64,000 nucleotides of DNA from Octopus vulgaris (taxonomy: Eukaryota). The notes under the pieces were generated by a model. That model was not told the origin of the DNA and searched no databases. It was given only the letters and a program-made list of their open reading frames with translations. Every line of letters starts with the position of its first letter. Within the stretch, counting starts at the first letter, position 1. This document shows positions 58,028-64,000 of this stretch, one piece after another. The stretch lies in NCBI GenBank assembly GCA_951406725.2, contig OX597826.1, positions 55,056,001 through 55,120,000 of the forward strand, written 5' to 3'. The position numbers and the translations under genes were made by a program.

Positions 58028-58142
58028 GCGCAGGCGTGGCTGTGTAGTACGAAGTTTACTTCCTAACCACATGGTTTCGGGTTCACTCTCATTGCGTTGT
58101 TAGTGTATTTGATATACGGGATCTGAAAGTAGCTCGTCGTAT
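58028..58142 (+). mobile_element. SINE family B head fragment
   Basis: GCGCAGGCGTGGCTGTGTAG..AACCACATGGTTTCGGGTTCA. Confidence 0.7.
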
Positions 58143-58171
58143 AAATTTGTGTGCGTGGGTGTATGCGTGTT

Positions 58172-58221
<50 letters not shown>

Positions 58222-58691
58222 TGTGCATCTGAGTGAGTGTTTGTGAATATACGTATGTATGTGTGCTTCTATAGTTATAAATTTCATTCAAATAATAAAC
58301 GCAATACACAGAATAACATTTTTCGTAAAAATTAACTCCAACTTTGCCAAAAGGTCCCTGTTCTGTGATTATCAAATTAAATTATTATGTGAATTTAAAA
58401 ACTGAATTTAGAGAAAATTACAGAACAAAGACGGAATTTGCCAAACAGAATTGTTAAAATATAGCTCAGACACATCAACAGAGATATAAAAACGAGACTA
58501 AAATATGGTTCTAAGATTTATTGCGCCTATAATTTGGGTGGAAAAATTTGGAAGTGTTGCCAGCATTCTGGAAATACACCAGGGTGTTTTTTGTTTATAC
58601 AACTTCTCATCTTCCCTCCCTATACATACATTAATACACATATACATACTATACATACATAGACACAAATATATATTAGAATACATTTATA

Positions 58692-58744
<53 letters not shown>

Positions 58745-58798
58745 TTATATATGTGTATATATATATATAATGTTCATGTACGTAGTTGAGTATATGTG

Positions 58799-58850
<52 letters not shown>

Positions 58851-59408
58851 TAGTATTTTTGTTTGTTAATGTGCGCAAATGTAAATGTTTTGACTAATCC
58901 TATTTTAATAATGATAAATTATATTTATATCTATAACTATATGATCAAATCAATATATCAATATCTTAATACATCAATACACACAGACACACACACACAC
59001 AAACACATATTTTTGTATTCATACATACTTACATCTACATATATATGAATATTTATGTATAGCTATATATATATATATAAATACATACACACATCATTAT
59101 ATGCACGAACTCACGCATATAGACTCATATAGACGTGTTTGTACGAACGAAATATGTATGAGTATTGTTATATACTCATTTCATAAACATACACACATTC
59201 ATACCTACATATATACTTACAGACATACATAAATACATATATACATATCTGCTTACTGTTATGTTCTGTAGTGTAAAAAATAAATGTGTAGAATAAATTG
59301 TGTAGAGTTGAAAATCTGATATATATTTAATTATGTGTTGGGTAAACAGTGATTATATTAGCGGAACACATTTTCATTTAATCGGACTATCGTTCATCTG
59401 CACACAGT

Positions 59409-59453
<45 letters not shown>

Positions 59454-59849
59454 CATACATACATGTGTATGAGTATGTATATATAACCGGCACTCGCAAG
59501 TAAGTATGACCTTACGGCCTGTTAGCTTGCACATCGCCTTCGCTGATCGTTGTTGGTGGTTATGTAGGCGTGAGTAGACGCAGACAAGCAGCAGGGTGAC
59601 ATCAACCATGTGACAGTTGGTGGGAAGGAAATGGTGCGCCAGCGGCCGGATGGAAGCCTCTTTCGGGTGACTAGACTGGAACGACGAGAATTGATATTGA
59701 TGCCCAAACAGGAATCGAACTTACAATGCGAGATAGTGAGTTGAGTACCCTAGTCCACGCCCCTACGTGTACACAATTTAAGTGCGTCAGTGCTAAAATC
59801 AGAAGATTTGGGTGGGTATGGTGTACTGAAATAAGGCAGGGATATCGCC

Positions 59850-60045
59850 ACTTGAGGTTGAACGCTTCTTTCTCGGCGTGCTAAGAATTGGAAAATTTGA
59901 GCCAGCGAAGCGGTAGTTCACCGTCGTTATCCTCAACAACTGTTGCTCGTATGCACTAAAATGAGGAATAAATATCAGTGAACAGACTTTAGTCATTTTT
60001 GCGTGTTATCAGCGAGCATGACGCTCAATTCTTTCTTTAACAATT
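59850..60045 (-). pseudogene. Possible highly decayed mariner transposase N-terminal (HTH) remnant
   Basis: AYEQQLLRITTVNYRFA..STPRKKRSTS loosely resembles mariner AYG...LS.TTV..WF..F...D.PRSGRPST; weak similarity only. Confidence 0.3.
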
Positions 60046-63000
60046 CTTAGTCCACGAGAGTAAAACCATTTGGTAGCGGAATTGTTCGAGATGCGCTCTA
60101 TGAAATCATTCACCTCACACGTATCTCAGTATTGACAGTTGCTTATGGACCTAAGTCGAACAGCTGATGTCACGTGAAGGACGGATCCAGCTGTCGACCA
60201 AGGACTCCATTGAGATCACTCTATGGTCCTTCGTTAATAATGTTGTGCAGGCATTTTCTCACTATCAGATGTCCCTTGCAAAAACAGAATGCGTAATGGT
60301 CTGAAACTGAATGAATTAAGTAAGGCACTACCCATTTGATCAAACACTGATCAATATTCTCAAGTTCTACTAGTTAAGTGAGGGTGGAAATTGAAGTATT
60401 GTCCTAATATGAAAGTTTTAAAAGCTAGGTAACTGTACCGAAACTGAAGTTAATGACAGGTCCCAATTTCCCCCTCCTGAAATACTCACGGGAATAAACT
60501 CTGTTGTACTACTTTGACATGTAAACCCCGCGTACTAAATATATCTTACAGAGTTTAATGAAATTTAGCAAGAATTTACTTCGAGACTTTTCAAATGCAT
60601 CTAATTGCATTTAAAATTGGCAAATCTATTACTGTCAAATCAGATCTAATCCGTTGTTGCTCCAAATACAAGTACCGTTCATACCAGAAAAAAGAGCTAT
60701 CGTTCTGGATCCTCTCATACCGAACGATGATACAAAAATTAAGAAATTCGGTCCTGGGCTTTAGGAGTGTTGCCTAAAAGCAAACGTGTTGAAAGGAGTA
60801 CACGTTTATTGTTTCTCTCTAGCTCTGACGATGAATTTACAAAGTAAGTGGAATCTACGCAAGCAACGCTTTATTTTTGCGATTTTAGCTCTGGCGCATA
60901 TTGACAACACTAATTTCATTCGACGAACGATAACAACATAAACGCTTGCGCACACGCACACACAATCACACTCACACACACACGCACACACGCTAGCACA
61001 CACATACATACATATACATGCATGCACTGAACGAAGTACACTCTGTATGCGTAGGAAGGGTTTCCCCACGGTTATCCTCCTTAAGATTTCACACACAACC
61101 CTTGTTCATATATGGTGTGGGAAAATGTACGTATAAACCTCATTCGTATTTGTGATGTTTGACATCTTGTATAGTAAATGATGAGTTTCCATTGTAAATA
61201 AAAACAAACATATACACATACATACACATACACACGTACGCATACATATGTACGTACATACATACATGCATAAATATTTACATATATATGCATATATTGT
61301 ATATAAGCATGTCTATATATATATATATATATATATATGCACATGAATATATATATATGTAATATATATATGCAATTGAGTACATATTCTTGTGTGTATG
61401 TATATCTATCAACATATCTTCATGTATATATGTAACAGACATGTATGTATGTATGTGTGTGGGGGGGTGTACTTGTATGCGTATACTTCCTTTCCCTTGT
61501 CACGTCAACTATTTCTCATGTACGTAGGCTCACTTCAATATATTCTTTTCAGTAGCCGTTCAGATTTTCGCTAGAATGTGTTGTTCGACCCAATGTATTT
61601 CTGTCTGCTATTGACAGTTGTACATGGCAAACATTGCATTGTTAATAGGTCTATTGTTTCGATTTGTTTTCAGCATCAACTGCATATCATACTCTGACTG
61701 AACGCAAGCCAAAGAAGCGAATGCTACGTGTTTGTCGGAATTGCAAGAGATATTAACCAACGTTACTTACAGAATGCGTATACAAAGAAAGTTTTCAATG
61801 TTATAAAATCCTAACAAAGCACAGTGTCGCAAAAACAGAAAAAATGTTTTCTCTATACTTTAGAAAACTTTTCTAACTCATGCTCAAACATTTCCTCTTC
61901 AACCACAAATATCACAAGCTATTTTGTAAAATGAATGCAAATGATGAAGCTGCATTAATTAAATCGACACAGCTAGAACTTGAATTAATAGAAGTTATAG
62001 AACTTAGAATAAAGTAAATCCTCACCATAAACAAAACTTCATCAAGAATGTAAACCCTTTAGATAGAACATTTTCTAATATAAGCTGCTTATTGAGCAAA
62101 TGTATTTTAAGCAGCTGCATAACGAAAAAAAAACATCACATTCACCAAAAACAGGTTTAAGAGCAGGAATACTTACCACACTCACTCATTCAGATTGAAG
62201 ATCGAGAAATATATGAAAATCAACAACACTGTTTTGCTATGTCTAGAGTCCGAAAAAGAAAATGCTTAAATCCAATAACATTTCCTGGTCAGATCCTTAC
62301 ATTGCAGTTCCCTACGTAAACGTGTCTAAAATGCTTGTTGTAACTGGTTACCTCTCACAGAATACACATGCTCCACATGAGATGCAGAATTATAAATTAG
62401 GTTGTATATATAAGTACAGTCAATAAAAGATGCATATTTAAGGTAAATCCATATTCAAATAGAACTACATCTTACATGCCAAAATTTACTATATGATAAT
62501 GAACGCAAATATATTTTCCTAATATAAATTTAAGTGTGGCTCAACCACATACCCCAAATGTCCATCATGTTCTTTGATATGTTCGGTTTAACGCAGTATT
62601 CTGTTCGATTTTTTTTACTCTCTTTTGTTAATAAAAAAAATCTAAAATCATAAAGGCCACCATATCAATAGATATACAAATAGCATACAGTCGTTGCATT
62701 TGTCTGTCATATCCATTGCTGTGCGTCTTCAAGATACGAATTGTATTACTCTGTTACGTCGACACAGCCAATAATGTGCAAGCTGAAGTTTTGCAGAGGC
62801 TTCACTAATAAGGCGCATATTTTGATCCTTGTGGACTTCTAAGCTCTCGCATTGTTTTTAATCTATCTCTTTAACAATATGTTTTAGCATGCCTTCAACA
62901 CCAATACCTATTGATGCTATTTTTATTCCCGTGCCCTACTAATGCTCGCTAATTTCCGTTTTAAAGTTCCGTGTAGCTTCATAATTTTTCCATGTGATAT

Positions 63001-63745
63001 TTCGCTCAGAAAGGGATCGAAATTTTAGTCATTGTACACAGAGTTTCGTTTAACTACCTTCACAATTTACATCGATTTTCTCAGCCTAGTATGGCATGTC
63101 TCATATGATAGTGACTAAGCCGTTGGCATATACAAACTTTGGCACAGGCTTGTACTGCCTCTCTTTGCATATTCTCGTACATGTAAACTATGTTTTGTGA
63201 GCTCTCTGTTTTGTTACTGACTACATATCTTAATAAACGTTCAAATGGATTTATCCATAAACGTACATATAACATAGAGTAATTATATTACTTCAATAAC
63301 CGTATACGTGTCCAGATGCATATATATATATATAGGCTTTATAAATGTTTTCACTGAATTTATTGAGTACTTTGATTTACATTGCACTTGGCAGTTGGCT
63401 CCGACTTTTAAACGAGATCATGCAGATAACTTTATGTGTGTATGTCAGTGTGTGTGTGTGTGTGTGTGTGGTGTGTGTGTGTGGTGTGTGTGTGTGTGTG
63501 CGTACCTGTCTATGTGTACATATATATGTACGCATGTATGTAAGTATATGTATATATACTTATAGTTATGTATGTATATGCGCATATATATGAGGTTTGT
63601 AAATATGTTTTATATATATGTATATATATATATATACATATACATATATAAATTTTTATATATGTGTATATATATACACACATATATATATACATGTCCA
63701 TATATATATACATATATATATATGCCTATATATGTATATACATAG

Positions 63746-63785
<40 letters not shown>

Positions 63786-64000
63786 GTATATATATATATA
63801 TATATATCCATACTTATAAACAAGCATGTAATGAGAGTCGCTTACACGAAATGTGTGCTTACTTTGTGGCCATTTTGCCATTCTTATTATTAGTTTTATT
63901 CGTCTTCTGTAATTATGAATGGGACAAATGCATGAGTTACCTGTAAATCCCTATAAAGGAGCTATGAAGAATCTCATATCACGCCTGAATTTCTTCTTCA

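Overview
Eukaryotic, AT-rich, microsatellite-saturated non-coding DNA. The SINE repertoire and 5S sequence point to an octopod cephalopod (inference). I find no credible protein-coding gene: almost every ORF in the track is a translation of (TA)n, (CA)n, (TATC)n or trinucleotide repeats. The window holds about 30 copies of at least four tRNA-derived SINE families (labelled A-D here), a near full-length orphan 5S rRNA copy abutting a SINE, decayed RTE and Hero LINE fragments, mariner-type MITEs, minisatellites and several fold-back elements. The most striking signal is a set of at least six, possibly eight, minimal hammerhead-ribozyme motifs (CUGANGA...GAAA-palindrome-UH). They are of the type known from Penelope-like elements and lie in short non-coding modules next to (TA)n/(GATA)n tracts, often as inverted repeats, with recurrent non-canonical cores (U4C, A6U, possibly U3:A8). 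Also notable are an RTE fragment with twin-priming-type 5' inversion, a TSD-flanked SINE trimer with mixed tails and SINE tail swapping. Family assignments come from motif recognition by eye, not from database searches, and SINE boundaries are approximate.
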